From positions 384,001 through 448,000 of the forward strand of contig CAWAMW010000002.1 in the NCBI GenBank assembly GCA_963783305.1: a stretch of 64,000 bases of DNA, given 5' to 3'. This document shows, piece by piece, positions 1 through 9,810 of this stretch (positions are counted from its first letter, which is position 1; each line of letters starts with the position of its first letter). Source of the stretch: an uncultured Gemmatimonadales bacterium. Lineage in GTDB: Bacteria; Gemmatimonadota; Gemmatimonadetes; Longimicrobiales; RSA9. The notes below the pieces were generated by a model. The model was not told the origin of the DNA, did no database searches, and worked only from the letters and a program-made list of their open reading frames with translations. The position numbers and the translations under genes were made by a program.

Positions 1-2
1 AC

Positions 3-491
3 ATCTCGGGCGCGGGAGACCGCTACGAAGCGCTCGTGGAGGTGCTCCAGCACCAGCAATCCCAGGCGGAACGGGACCGCGAGCTGGAACGTAAGCGGCG
101 GGCGCGGAGCCAGGAGCGGGAAGGGACGCCGCCGTGGGTCCTGGTCGTAGTGCTGGTGGTGGCGGCATGGCTCTGGATCCTGCCCCCGGCGTTCCTGCGA
201 GTGGAGCCCCCTCCGCCGCAGCCCATCGAGAAGGAGGAGGCCTCGCTGCGGTTCGTGATCTACGCCCAGGCCCGGCGGCTCGATGCGTATCGCCAGCAGA
301 CGGGACGCTACCCCGAGCGCCTGGAGGAGGCGGGTCCGCCGCTCCCCGGCATGACGTACGCCCGGCTGCACGCTGACCTGTATCAGCTCACCGGCTCCAC
401 CGACCGGCTCACCCTGACGTACATATCCGACCTGCCGCTCGAGAACTTCCTGGGAGCGGGCGCGGGCGTGATGGACGAAGAAAAGCTGTAG
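3..491 (+). CDS. Hypothetical single-pass membrane protein, probably 5'-truncated by the window edge
   Basis: Frame is open to the window start. One hydrophobic segment (PWVLVVVLVVAAWLWIL). The following ARRLDAYRQQTGRYPERLEE is pseudopilin-like. Confidence 0.6.
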   Translation: MSGAGDRYEALVEVLQHQQSQAERDRELERKRRARSQEREGTPPWVLVVVLVVAAWLWILPPAFLRVEPPPPQPIEKEEASLRFVIYAQARRLDAYRQQTGRYPERLEEAGPPLPGMTYARLHADLYQLTGSTDRLTLTYISDLPLENFLGAGAGVMDEEKL

Positions 492-578
492 GAACACGAA
501 CGGCGGTCCCCACTCGTCCTCGCGCGCACGACCCGAAACAGCCGAATGGTGGTGCGGGAGTTGCACGAGCGGCGTGCG

Positions 579-2558
579 ATGTCCCAGCCCAACCACACGC
601 AACCGGTGCCCGAGCTGCCACACCCCCCGCGGGAGTGGCTGACCACGAACGGTCTCGGGGGCTACGCATCGGGCACGATTACGGGTGAGCTGACCCGTCG
701 CTATCATGGCCTCCTGGTCTCCGCGCACCCCGCGCCCAAGAGCCGCGTGCTGACGCTGGTGGAGATCCAGGCCACCGTCGAGCTGGATGGCGACCAGGCG
801 CGGCGACTCGGCGGTCACCCCACCCTCCCCGGCGCTCCCGCGGCCGCTCGCCTGGAGAGCTTCGAGCTGCAACGCGGGCTGCCGTCGTGGACGTACGAGG
901 TGGAGGGGCGCCGGATCCGTCGGCGGCTGACCATGCCGCACCGGCGCAACAGCGTCTCGGTGGAGTACGCGCTGCTGGAGGGCGACGCCGTCCAAATGCT
1001 CCTCCGGCCGCTCTTCCAGCCGCGCTCCCACGACGCGTCCGTGGACGTGATTGCCGACGGGTTGGAGTCGGAAAGCGTGGAGGGCGGGCTGGACGTGCAC
1101 TGCCACGCCCTCCCTACTACTCGACTCCGGTTCCCGCAGGAGGTGCTGCGGGCGGGCGAGCCCCACACGTTCAACGGCATCCGCTACAGCCTCGAGGCCG
1201 CTCGGGGCTATCCCTCGGAAGGTACGCTGTGGTCGCCAGGCACACTGGGGGCCCGGCTCGAGCCCGGCCGACCGCTGACACTGCTCGCGTCCACGGACCC
1301 GCCCGAAGCGCTTCCAGCACTGCGGCACACCGCCATCGAGGGGGCGGAGCTCGAGCGACGGGGCCGGCTCCTCGAGGAGGCCGGCGCCACAGCCGATCCG
1401 CTCCTCAGCCGGCTCGTCGTTGCCGCCGACAGCTTCATCTTCGAGCCCGTGTCCCGCGCCCACGCCCGCTCCGCCAAGAGCGTCATTGCCGGCTATCACT
1501 GGTTCACCGACTGGGGCCGGGACACCATGATCAGTCTGGAGGGGCTCACGCTCACCACCGGACGGGCCGATGAGGCGGCGGCCATCCTCCGCACGTTCGC
1601 CGAGCACACCCGTGATGGCCTCATCCCGAACCTGTTCCCCGAGGGCGACACCGAAGGCCTCTATCACACCGCCGATGCCACCCTCTGGTTCTTTCACGCC
1701 GTCCACCGCTACGTCCAGGCGACGGGCGACGAACCGTTCCTCCACGAGCTGCTGCCGGTACTCCGAGACATTGTCGAGAAGCACATCGCGGGTACGCGCT
1801 TCGGGATCGGCGTGGACCCTCGCGATGACCTGCTCCGGCAGGGCGCCGAGGGCTACCAGCTGACCTGGATGGACGCAAAGGTCGATGACTGGGTCGTGAC
1901 GCCGCGGCGCGGCAAGGCCGTGGAGATCAATGCGCTCTGGTACAACGCGCTGCGACTCCTGGCAGGGTGGCTCCGGGAAAGCGACTCGGCCGCGGCCGAG
2001 GCGCTGGATCACCGCGCCGAGCGCACCCGCTCCTCGTTCAACCTTCGCTTCTGGTACGACGAGGGTGACTACCTCTACGACGTCATCGACGGCGAGACCG
2101 GTGAGGATGGCGCGGACCCGGCGTTCCGACCGAACCAGTTGTTCGCCATTTCCCTGGACCACCCCGTCCTCGACCCCGCCCGCTGGTCGACCGTGCTGGA
2201 GAAGGTGGAGGAGCGGCTGCTGACGCCCGTAGGGCTCCGCTCTCTCGCTCCCGGCCACCCGGACTACGCTCCCACGTATGCGGGCGACCTCCGCAGCCGG
2301 GACGCCGCGTACCATCAGGGGACCGTATGGGGCTGGCTCATTGGCCCCTTCATCGACGCCTGGCTCCGGGTACACCCCGACCGCACCTCGGAGGCCCGCC
2401 GGTATCTCGAGGGCCTCGTCTCCCACCTCGATGACGCGTGCGTCGGCTCGCTGAGCGAGATATTCGATGCGGAGCCGCCCTTCACGCCACGGGGGTGCGT
2501 CGCGCAGGCTTGGACCGTGGCGGAAGTGCTCCGGGGGCTGCGGAGAACCGGCGACTAG
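579..2558 (+). CDS. Glycogen debranching enzyme / amylo-alpha-1,6-glucosidase (GDE_N + GDE_C)
   Basis: EWLTTNGLGGYASGT N-terminal motif; IAGYHWFTDWGRDTMISL, LTWMDAK, YHQGTVWGWL and GCVAQAW motifs. Confidence 0.93.
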   Translation: MSQPNHTQPVPELPHPPREWLTTNGLGGYASGTITGELTRRYHGLLVSAHPAPKSRVLTLVEIQATVELDGDQARRLGGHPTLPGAPAAARLESFELQRGLPSWTYEVEGRRIRRRLTMPHRRNSVSVEYALLEGDAVQMLLRPLFQPRSHDASVDVIADGLESESVEGGLDVHCHALPTTRLRFPQEVLRAGEPHTFNGIRYSLEAARGYPSEGTLWSPGTLGARLEPGRPLTLLASTDPPEALPALRHTAIEGAELERRGRLLEEAGATADPLLSRLVVAADSFIFEPVSRAHARSAKSVIAGYHWFTDWGRDTMISLEGLTLTTGRADEAAAILRTFAEHTRDGLIPNLFPEGDTEGLYHTADATLWFFHAVHRYVQATGDEPFLHELLPVLRDIVEKHIAGTRFGIGVDPRDDLLRQGAEGYQLTWMDAKVDDWVVTPRRGKAVEINALWYNALRLLAGWLRESDSAAAEALDHRAERTRSSFNLRFWYDEGDYLYDVIDGETGEDGADPAFRPNQLFAISLDHPVLDPARWSTVLEKVEERLLTPVGLRSLAPGHPDYAPTYAGDLRSRDAAYHQGTVWGWLIGPFIDAWLRVHPDRTSEARRYLEGLVSHLDDACVGSLSEIFDAEPPFTPRGCVAQAWTVAEVLRGLRRTGD

Positions 2559-2638
2559 ATGCGCCGGGCTTGCCGCGAGCGCGCCGCTGTCGTTGGTTCA
2601 GAGCACATCCTGCACAATTCTATTCCAGAGACCAGGCC

Positions 2639-4183
2639 ATGACCCGACCCAGCCCGGAGCAGCAGAGCACCGATTCCGCGCCCGCGGATCCCGCCCCCAC
2701 CCGCGGCAGGGGTGCTCTCGTGGAGATCCCGCCCCGCCCATCGCTGGCAGACTACGAAGGCATCGCCCACCTGGCGCCGGCGGTGGACGCGCTGCGCAAG
2801 CGCGCGGCGCCAGTGGTGTCCGCCCTCGAGGGCCGCACCGTCTGGATGGTGAACTCCACCGCCCAGGGCGGAGGAGTGGCGGAGATGCTTCCCACCATGG
2901 TCACGCTGCTCCGTGAGCTCGGGATCCGGACGGAGTGGTTCGTCATGGAAACGGACCGTCAGGCATTCTTCCGACTCACGAAGGGGATCCACAACCTGAT
3001 CCACGGCGCGGGCGACCCGTCGCTGGTGGGGGGAGAAGCCCGGGACGTCTATGAAGCGGTGAACCGGGAGAACGCCGCAACGCTGGCCCGTCTCATGTCG
3101 CCGGGTGATGTGCTCGTCGTGCACGACCCCCAGCCCATGGGCCTGGCCGCCGCGCTCCGGGGGCCGCTCGACCTGCGCACGATCTGGCGCTGCCACATCG
3201 GTCTGGACGAGGAGAACGAATCGACGCGGGCGGCGTGGTCGTTCCTCGAGCCGTACGCCGCCGACTACCGGCACAGCGTGTTCAGCGCGGAGGAGTACAT
3301 CCCGCGGTACTTCCGGGACCGGGCGCGGCTCATCTACCCGGCGCTGGACCCGCTGTCGCAGAAGAACCGGGAGCTCCATCTGCACAGCGTGGTGGGGATC
3401 ATGGCCAATGCCGCGCTCGCGGTCCCGCCCGGCCCCGTCGTTCAGCCGCCGTTCCCGCACATCGCGCAGCGACTGCAGGCGGACGGGATCTGGGCGCCAG
3501 CGGTGCTCCCGGCGGACATAGGGCTCCTGGTCCGACCGATCGTCACGCAGATCTCGCGCTGGGACCGGCTGAAGGGCTGGCTCCCCCTGATGCACGGATT
3601 CGTGCAGCTGAAGGAGCGGTTCTTCAGTGGCGACCGTGCCCGGCGATCCGCCATCGAGCGGCGGCGCCTGGGGCAGGTGCGACTGGTGATGGCGGGCCCG
3701 GACCCGGCTTCCATCCAGGATGATCCTGAAGGGTTGGACGTGATCGAGGAGCTGCGGGAGGCGTACCTGGGGCTGGACGACGAGCTGAAGCACGACATTG
3801 CCATGATCGCGCTGCCGATGCACGACCCGGACGAGAACGCGCTCATGGTGAACGCCCTCCAGCGCAGCTCCACCATCATCGTGCAGAACTCCCTGCGGGA
3901 AGGGTTCGGCCTCACGGTCACGGAGGCCATGTGGAAACGGATCCCGGTATTGAGCAACCGCCGGGCTGTGGGGCCGCGCCAGCAGATCACGCACGCCTGC
4001 GATGGCTGGCTCATCGAGGACCCGGAAGACCCCAAGCAGATCGCCGACGCGCTGGACTTCATGCTGAACGACCGCGCGGAGCGGGCCGCCCTGGCCCGAA
4101 CGGCGCAGCGCCGCGCCCATCAGCAGTTCATGATCTTCAGTCAGCTCGGCCGCTGGCTCGATCTGCTCGCCGAGGATGTCTGA
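2639..4183 (+). CDS. treT: GT4 glycosyltransferase, trehalose synthase TreT-like
   Basis: VNSTAQGGGVAEML, HDPQP, WRCHI, QISRWDRLKG and QNSLREGFGLTVTEAMWK match TreT-family motifs. Confidence 0.8.
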   Translation: MTRPSPEQQSTDSAPADPAPTRGRGALVEIPPRPSLADYEGIAHLAPAVDALRKRAAPVVSALEGRTVWMVNSTAQGGGVAEMLPTMVTLLRELGIRTEWFVMETDRQAFFRLTKGIHNLIHGAGDPSLVGGEARDVYEAVNRENAATLARLMSPGDVLVVHDPQPMGLAAALRGPLDLRTIWRCHIGLDEENESTRAAWSFLEPYAADYRHSVFSAEEYIPRYFRDRARLIYPALDPLSQKNRELHLHSVVGIMANAALAVPPGPVVQPPFPHIAQRLQADGIWAPAVLPADIGLLVRPIVTQISRWDRLKGWLPLMHGFVQLKERFFSGDRARRSAIERRRLGQVRLVMAGPDPASIQDDPEGLDVIEELREAYLGLDDELKHDIAMIALPMHDPDENALMVNALQRSSTIIVQNSLREGFGLTVTEAMWKRIPVLSNRRAVGPRQQITHACDGWLIEDPEDPKQIADALDFMLNDRAERAALARTAQRRAHQQFMIFSQLGRWLDLLAEDV

Positions 4184-4192
4184 GCGCTCCCC

Positions 4193-4456
4193 TCATTCCA
4201 GCTCCGACCGCAGCCGCCGCATGAGCCGGTCGTGTACGTCCGTGGCCGGCTCGGGTGCGCGGCCGAGCTCCTCCCGAAGCGTGGTCACCGCCCGGCTGAA
4301 GTCCCCCCCGAACCGCTCGCACCAGTCGCAGCCCCGCAGATGGGCCTCGATCCGCGCCACGTGCTCGGACGGCAGCTCACCGTCGAGATAATCGGAGAGG
4401 TCCCCGAGGACGTCCGTGCAGCGGATTCCGGCTACCTCCCGATCATGCGCTTTCAT
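4193..4456 (-). CDS. Zinc-finger (zf-HC2/ZAS) anti-sigma factor
   Basis: C...LSDYLDGEL...HLRGCDWC (HxxxCxxC); overlaps the end of the ECF sigma gene. Confidence 0.88.
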   Translation of the reverse strand: MKAHDREVAGIRCTDVLGDLSDYLDGELPSEHVARIEAHLRGCDWCERFGGDFSRAVTTLREELGRAPEPATDVHDRLMRRLRSELE

Positions 4457-5000
4457 CGATCCCCCTGACCTTCTCCATGAAACGGAGCCGCGCGCGATGG
4501 ACCCGGCTCTTCACGGCGGCGAGCGACAACTCGAGCAGCTCCGCGACCTCCTCGTTCCCGAACCCCTCGAGGTCCCGCAGCAGCAGCACCTCGCGGTCCT
4601 CCTCCGAGAGCCCGTGGAACCCTCGCTCCACGAGCTCGGCGGCGGCGATCCGGCTGGTCCACGCCTCGTCGGGGTCCCGACCCCAGCCGGCTCCGACGGC
4701 AATGGCGTCGAGGGGCTGGAACGATTCGGGTTCTCCGGCGGACCGCCGATACTGCCGGTGCACGGCGTTCCGGGCGATAGTGAGCAGCCATGCCCGGGCC
4801 GAGCCCGCGCCGCGGTACCCATCCGCCCTGCGCCACGCCGTAATGAACGTCTCCTGGAGCGCATCCTCGGCCCGGTCCGGGTCCGCCGTGCGGGTCCGGA
4901 TGTAGCGCAGCACCGCGCCCTCGTGACGACGCACGAACCGCTCGAACGCGTCCCGGTCCCCGCCGGCGACGTGCTCGAGGGTTTGCGCGTCGTCGGTCAC
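4443..5000 (-). CDS. ECF RNA polymerase sigma-70 factor
   Basis: Region 2 AEDALQETFITAWR...WLLTIARN; region 4 EEVAELLELSLAAVKSRVHRAR. GTG start overlaps the upstream TGA (GTGA). Confidence 0.92.
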   Translation of the reverse strand: MTDDAQTLEHVAGGDRDAFERFVRRHEGAVLRYIRTRTADPDRAEDALQETFITAWRRADGYRGAGSARAWLLTIARNAVHRQYRRSAGEPESFQPLDAIAVGAGWGRDPDEAWTSRIAAAELVERGFHGLSEEDREVLLLRDLEGFGNEEVAELLELSLAAVKSRVHRARLRFMEKVRGIDESA

Positions 5001-5206
5001 CTGGCCTTCGCTCTGCAGGTCGATATCCCGAACAGCGTGTAGAGGGGGCAGCTGCCCATCAGCCCGGTGGCGAGCGGGATCAGCCCCAGCCACCCAAGCG
5101 GCGTCTGCGGGCCCACGAAGACCAGCATGATCCCCGCGGCGCCGATCCCCACCCGCATCACTCGATCGATCATGTGCTCGTTACTCGGCATGATTCTGCT
5201 CAGCAT
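4997..5206 (-). CDS. DUF2892 / YgaP-like small membrane protein
   Basis: NEHMIDRVMRV...GLIPLATGLMGSCPLYTLFGISTC signature; GGGGGA RBS upstream. Confidence 0.88.
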   Translation of the reverse strand: MLSRIMPSNEHMIDRVMRVGIGAAGIMLVFVGPQTPLGWLGLIPLATGLMGSCPLYTLFGISTCRAKAR

Positions 5207-5379
5207 GATTCCCCCATGTCCCGTAGTGAATTCCCCGCCCTCACCCCATGGAGCCGCGCCCCGCCGAAAAGGATTCACCGTCGAATCGACACCCGTGCGG
5301 CGGCCGCCCCGCGGCCTTGCCACGTGCCGACCCCCGTCCCACCTTCACCTCTCATCATTCCCGAACCCACCGGACCACC

Positions 5380-7680
5380 ATGACACGCGCCATCCCCGGC
5401 CGGCTCGCCGCCGCCGCGATCGCCCTCTGCGCCACCGCGTGCGCCGCCGCCCCCGAGCGCCCGGTACCCGCCACCGATGACCCGCACCTGGCGACCGCCT
5501 ACCGCGTCCTTTCCACCACGCCGCTCATCGATGGCCATAATGACCTGCCCTGGGCGATCCGGACGAACGAGGCCGGTCCCATGGACCTGGCCGCGTACGA
5601 TCTGCGTGGGACCACACCCGGCCAGACCGACATCGAGCGGCTCCGCAAGGGGATGGTGGGAGCCCAGTTCTGGAGCGTTTACGTGCCGCCGCGCGCTGTG
5701 GCCGAGCACGCCGCGGCCCGCATCCAGCTCGAGCAGATCGACCTGGCGAAGCGGATGATCGAGCGGTACCCGGACGTGTTCGAGCTTGCCACCACCCCGG
5801 ACGAGCTGGTGCGGATTTTCGAGGAGGGCCGCATCGCCAGCATGCTGGGCATGGAGGGCGGCCACGCCATCGAGAACTCCCTCGGCGCCCTGCGCGCGTT
5901 CTACGACCTGGGCGCACGGTACATGACCCTGACCCACTCCGCCAACATCGACTGGGCGGACTCCTGCTGCGAGGACCCGGAGCTGGACGGGCTGAGCGGA
6001 TTCGGTCGGGAGGTGGTCCGGGAGATGAACCGACTCGGCATGCTGGTCGACATCTCCCACGTCTCCCCGGCCACCATGAACGACGTGCTGGACGTCTCGC
6101 AGGCGCCCGTCATCTTCACCCACTCCTCGGCCCGCGCCGTCACTGATCACCCCCGGAACGTGCCGGACGACGTGCTCCGACGCGTGGCCGAGAACGATGG
6201 CGTCGTCATGGTCACCTACGTCACCATCTTCGTGAACCAGACGCTCCTCGACTGGTCGGAGCTGCCCGCGGATCAGCGCACAGGGCCGGCGCCGGAGTCG
6301 ACGATGGACGACGTCATTGCGCACCTCGAGCACGTGCGTGATGTGGCCGGGATCGATCACGTGGGGATCGGCGGCGACTTCGATGGCGCCACCATGCCCG
6401 CGGGTCTCGAGGACGTGTCCACGTACCCAGCCCTCTTCGCGGAGCTGAGCCGCCGCGGCTGGTCGGAGTCGGACCTGCGGAAGCTGGCGGGTGAGAACGT
6501 GCTGCGCGTGTGGCGCGAGGCGGAAGCGGTGGCGCGGCGGATCCAGGCGGAGCGCCCGGCCTCAGTGGCCACGATCGGCGAGCTGGACGGCCTGATCGGG
6601 GCGGGTGCCGGGGCGTTCGTGACGCGGCTCGGCGCCGATACGCTCGCGGTGGAGCAGTTCAGCTACACGCCCACCTCTCTCGACGTGCTCGCGGCCGTGC
6701 GAGTGCCCGAGACCCAGCTCCTCCGCTACCGTGGTGAACTGGACCGGGCGGGCAACCTGCGATCGCTCATGGTCCTGGAATACGACCCCACCGATCCACC
6801 CACCGCCGGCGGACAGCCCGTGGGCGGCACCGATTTCACCTTCGGCGAGGACGGGGTGCAGATCGGTGGCATGAACGCACAGGGCGAGTTCGAGTTCACG
6901 GTCGAGACGGGCCCGGAGGCGCTCCCGTTCATCGAGCTGATCCACTGGCCGTTCGAGCTGGCGCTGGTCCGCAGGGCCGCCAGCGCCGGCGACGAGGTGC
7001 CCATGATCGCCGGCCGGCGCGCACTGCCCTTCGGCCTCGTGCCCATCGGCGACGGCCGCATGGAGATCCGCCACCCGTACCGCGGCACGATGGCTGTGGC
7101 CGTGGACGAGGCCGGACACATCCTGAGCCTCGATGCGCGCAGCACCACCCGCAAGCTTACCCTGGAGCGCGTGGAGGACCTGGACGTCGTGGAGCTCGCG
7201 CGGCGGTTCGCCGCACGGGACGCCGAGGGCGCCGGCGTCGGCGCACTGAGCGGGCGAGGTGAGGCCCTGGGTACCATCGGGCGCGCGACCCTCGCCGTGG
7301 ACTACGGCGTACCGAAGAAGCGCGGCCGTGAGATCTTCGGCGCCCTGGTCCCCTTCAGCGAGGTGTGGCGCACCGGTGCGAACCGGGCCACGCACCTGAC
7401 CACGAGCCACGACATCCGGATCGGCGGCGCTCGCGTCCCCGCGGGTAGCTACACCCTCTTCACCATCCCCGGACCGCGGGTGTGGACGCTCATTATCAGC
7501 CGGGCCACCGACATTACCGGAACCGCCTACGACCCCACGCAGGACCTGGCACGCGTCCCCATGGAGGTCCGCTCGCTCGACCGCACCGTCGAGGAATTCA
7601 CGATCGAGGTGGACGAAGGCGGGTTCCTGCGGATGCGCTGGGATGGGACCGAGGCGTACGTGCCCGTCGATCCTCGGTAA
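5380..7680 (+). CDS. Exported M19 membrane (renal-type) dipeptidase fused to a C-terminal DUF2911-containing module
   Basis: Signal peptide/lipobox-like ALCATAC. IDGHNDL, GMEGGH, MTLTH, DISH and GIGGDFDG (M19). VDYGVPKKRGREIFGALVPFSEVWRTGANRAT (DUF2911). Confidence 0.85.
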   Translation: MTRAIPGRLAAAAIALCATACAAAPERPVPATDDPHLATAYRVLSTTPLIDGHNDLPWAIRTNEAGPMDLAAYDLRGTTPGQTDIERLRKGMVGAQFWSVYVPPRAVAEHAAARIQLEQIDLAKRMIERYPDVFELATTPDELVRIFEEGRIASMLGMEGGHAIENSLGALRAFYDLGARYMTLTHSANIDWADSCCEDPELDGLSGFGREVVREMNRLGMLVDISHVSPATMNDVLDVSQAPVIFTHSSARAVTDHPRNVPDDVLRRVAENDGVVMVTYVTIFVNQTLLDWSELPADQRTGPAPESTMDDVIAHLEHVRDVAGIDHVGIGGDFDGATMPAGLEDVSTYPALFAELSRRGWSESDLRKLAGENVLRVWREAEAVARRIQAERPASVATIGELDGLIGAGAGAFVTRLGADTLAVEQFSYTPTSLDVLAAVRVPETQLLRYRGELDRAGNLRSLMVLEYDPTDPPTAGGQPVGGTDFTFGEDGVQIGGMNAQGEFEFTVETGPEALPFIELIHWPFELALVRRAASAGDEVPMIAGRRALPFGLVPIGDGRMEIRHPYRGTMAVAVDEAGHILSLDARSTTRKLTLERVEDLDVVELARRFAARDAEGAGVGALSGRGEALGTIGRATLAVDYGVPKKRGREIFGALVPFSEVWRTGANRATHLTTSHDIRIGGARVPAGSYTLFTIPGPRVWTLIISRATDITGTAYDPTQDLARVPMEVRSLDRTVEEFTIEVDEGGFLRMRWDGTEAYVPVDPR

Positions 7681-7685
7681 GCCAA

Positions 7686-7737
7686 CGAACATCGACCCTC
7701 GATCTCACGCATCGATCATCGATGCGCTCGATGTTCG
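7686..7737. terminator. Nested hairpin between convergent genes
   Basis: CGAACATCGA...TCGATGTTCG outer arms enclosing CGCATCGAT-C-ATCGATGCG; no U-tract. Confidence 0.4.
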
Positions 7738-7742
7738 AACCC

Positions 7743-8633
7743 CTACCGCACCGTCCTGCGCTCGATGACGACCCGTACCGCGCCATCGGACGGCAGGATC
7801 TCTTCACCCCGGCGCCGGGCCAGCACCTGCGTGAGCTCGGCGCCGAAGAAGAAGATCATGGAGGAGTAGTACATCCAGACGAGAATCAGAGCCAGGGACC
7901 CGGCGGCGCCATAGGCGGCGGCGCGCGAGCTCTCGGAGAGGTAGTAGCCCAGGAGGACGTTGCCGACGAGGAAGAGGACCCCGGTGGTCAGCGCGCCCTT
8001 CCAGGCGTCCCGCCAGCGGACGCGCGCGTCCGGGACCACGAAGAAGACGACACCGAACAACAGGGTTGCGGCCATGACGGAGAGGCCGATGCTGCTGAGC
8101 CGGAGCGCGATGTCGGCCAGCGCTTCGGGGAGCAATGCCGCCACGAGATCGCTGTAGACCGAGAGAGCGCCCTGGAGGAGGAGGGAGCCCAGGAGCACGA
8201 TGGCCACGGCCAGGATCATCCCGAAGGACAGTACGCGCTTCATCAGGAAATTGCGCACCCTCCCACCGAGCTTCGGGTCCGGCTCCACTTCCCACACCCG
8301 GTTCAGGCTACCCTGGAGCTGGGAGAACGCGCCGGTCGCCGCGAAGAGCAGCGCCGCCAGTCCCACCACCACCATCACCGCCCCATTAGACCCCGGGCTC
8401 TCGACGTTCATCATGGCTCCCACCTGCCGCGCCGCCTCGGTCCCGATCAACGTCTGGAGCTGTCCCGTGATCTCATCCTGGATCGTGGCGGGATCGGTGA
8501 CGAGACCGGTGATCAGGAGCAGGATGATGAGCAGCGCCGGCAGCGAAAAGACGGTGTAGTACGCCAGGGCCGCGGCCATTCTCGGGCAGTCGTCCCTCAG
8601 GAACTCATTGATCGTCGCTTTGAGGATCTCCAT
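7743..8633 (-). CDS. YihY / virulence factor BrkB family membrane protein
   Basis: DDCPRMAAALAYYTVFSLP, LNRVW and YGAAGSLALILVWMYYSSMIFFFGAEL. Confidence 0.92.
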   Translation of the reverse strand: MEILKATINEFLRDDCPRMAAALAYYTVFSLPALLIILLLITGLVTDPATIQDEITGQLQTLIGTEAARQVGAMMNVESPGSNGAVMVVVGLAALLFAATGAFSQLQGSLNRVWEVEPDPKLGGRVRNFLMKRVLSFGMILAVAIVLLGSLLLQGALSVYSDLVAALLPEALADIALRLSSIGLSVMAATLLFGVVFFVVPDARVRWRDAWKGALTTGVLFLVGNVLLGYYLSESSRAAAYGAAGSLALILVWMYYSSMIFFFGAELTQVLARRRGEEILPSDGAVRVVIERRTVR

Positions 8634-8718
8634 CGCCGGGGCTCCAATGCAAACCCGGGTCCGGCGCCGGACGGTGAGCCGGTTGTATGCCGCTCCCCGT
8701 CCCGCGAGATTCCCCGCC

Positions 8719-9810
8719 ATGGCGAAACGATCCGGTACCGCCGACCTACCGCTCCACGGCGGCAAGGCCCCTCGCTGGCTGTTCGGCCGCATGGAGCGGC
8801 TGGCCCCGGCGGTGGTGGAGGCCATCGTGCTGGAGCACGGCCCGTCGGAGGTGCTGGCGCGGCTCTCTGACCCCTGGTGGTTCCAGGCGTTCGGCTGCGT
8901 CCTCGGCTTCGACTGGCACTCGAGTGGCGTCACCACCACCGTGTGCGGTGCGTTGAAGGCGGGGCTGAAGGGGCGAGAAGCCGATACGGGGATCTGGGTC
9001 GCCGGCGGGAAGGGCAGGACCTCGCGGAAGACGCCGGACGAGCTGCTCGAGATCGGCGGCCGCCTCGGCCTGGACGCCGAACGGCTCGTGTACAACAGCC
9101 GGATGAGCGCCAAGGTGGATTCTGCGGCCGTCCAGGACGGCTTCGGCATCTATCACCATTCCTTCTTCGTTACCGGCGCGGGCGAGTGGGCGGTGGTGCA
9201 GCAGGGCATGCGGCCCCGGGACAAGTCGGCCCGACGCTACCACTGGCTGGGCAGCCGCGTGAACGACATGGTCCGGGAGCCCCACGCCGCCATTGCCAGC
9301 GAGAAGACCGGCCAGATGGTGCTGGACCTCACCGCCGCCGATTCCGGCCGCGCCCGCGATGCCGCCGCGGAGCTCGCCCGGCAGGAGCCCGAGCGCGTGG
9401 CCCGCGAGCTCGACCGGCTGACGGTCCTCGAGATGCCGCGCAACCACGCGGTAGACGTGAAGCGCGACATCGATCCGCGCCACCTGCGAAAGATCATGCT
9501 CTCCACCTATGAGGCCGCGCCCCAGACCTTCGAGGCGCTGCTCGGCGTTCGCGGCGTCGGGCCGAAAGGGGTTCGCTCGCTGGTCCTGCTGGCCGAGCTG
9601 CTGTACGGAACGCCCGCCAGCACACGCGACCCGGCGCGCTTCTCCTTCGCCCACGGCGGCAAGGACGGGCACCCGTACCCCGTGGATCGGGAGGGGTACG
9701 ACCGCTCCATCGAGTATCTGAAGACGGCGGTGGGCCAGGCACGCGTGGGACGCAGCGAGCGCGTCGATGCGCTCAAGCGCCTGGGCCGCTGGGAAGCGGG
9801 GTCGCCCTGA
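8719..9810 (+). CDS. DUF763 family protein (HhH-like motif near the C-terminus)
   Basis: ADLPLHGGKAPRWLF, RLSDPWWFQAFGCVLGFDWHSSG, GVGPKGVRSL and FSFAHGGKDGHPYPV. Confidence 0.9.
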   Translation: MAKRSGTADLPLHGGKAPRWLFGRMERLAPAVVEAIVLEHGPSEVLARLSDPWWFQAFGCVLGFDWHSSGVTTTVCGALKAGLKGREADTGIWVAGGKGRTSRKTPDELLEIGGRLGLDAERLVYNSRMSAKVDSAAVQDGFGIYHHSFFVTGAGEWAVVQQGMRPRDKSARRYHWLGSRVNDMVREPHAAIASEKTGQMVLDLTAADSGRARDAAAELARQEPERVARELDRLTVLEMPRNHAVDVKRDIDPRHLRKIMLSTYEAAPQTFEALLGVRGVGPKGVRSLVLLAELLYGTPASTRDPARFSFAHGGKDGHPYPVDREGYDRSIEYLKTAVGQARVGRSERVDALKRLGRWEAGSP

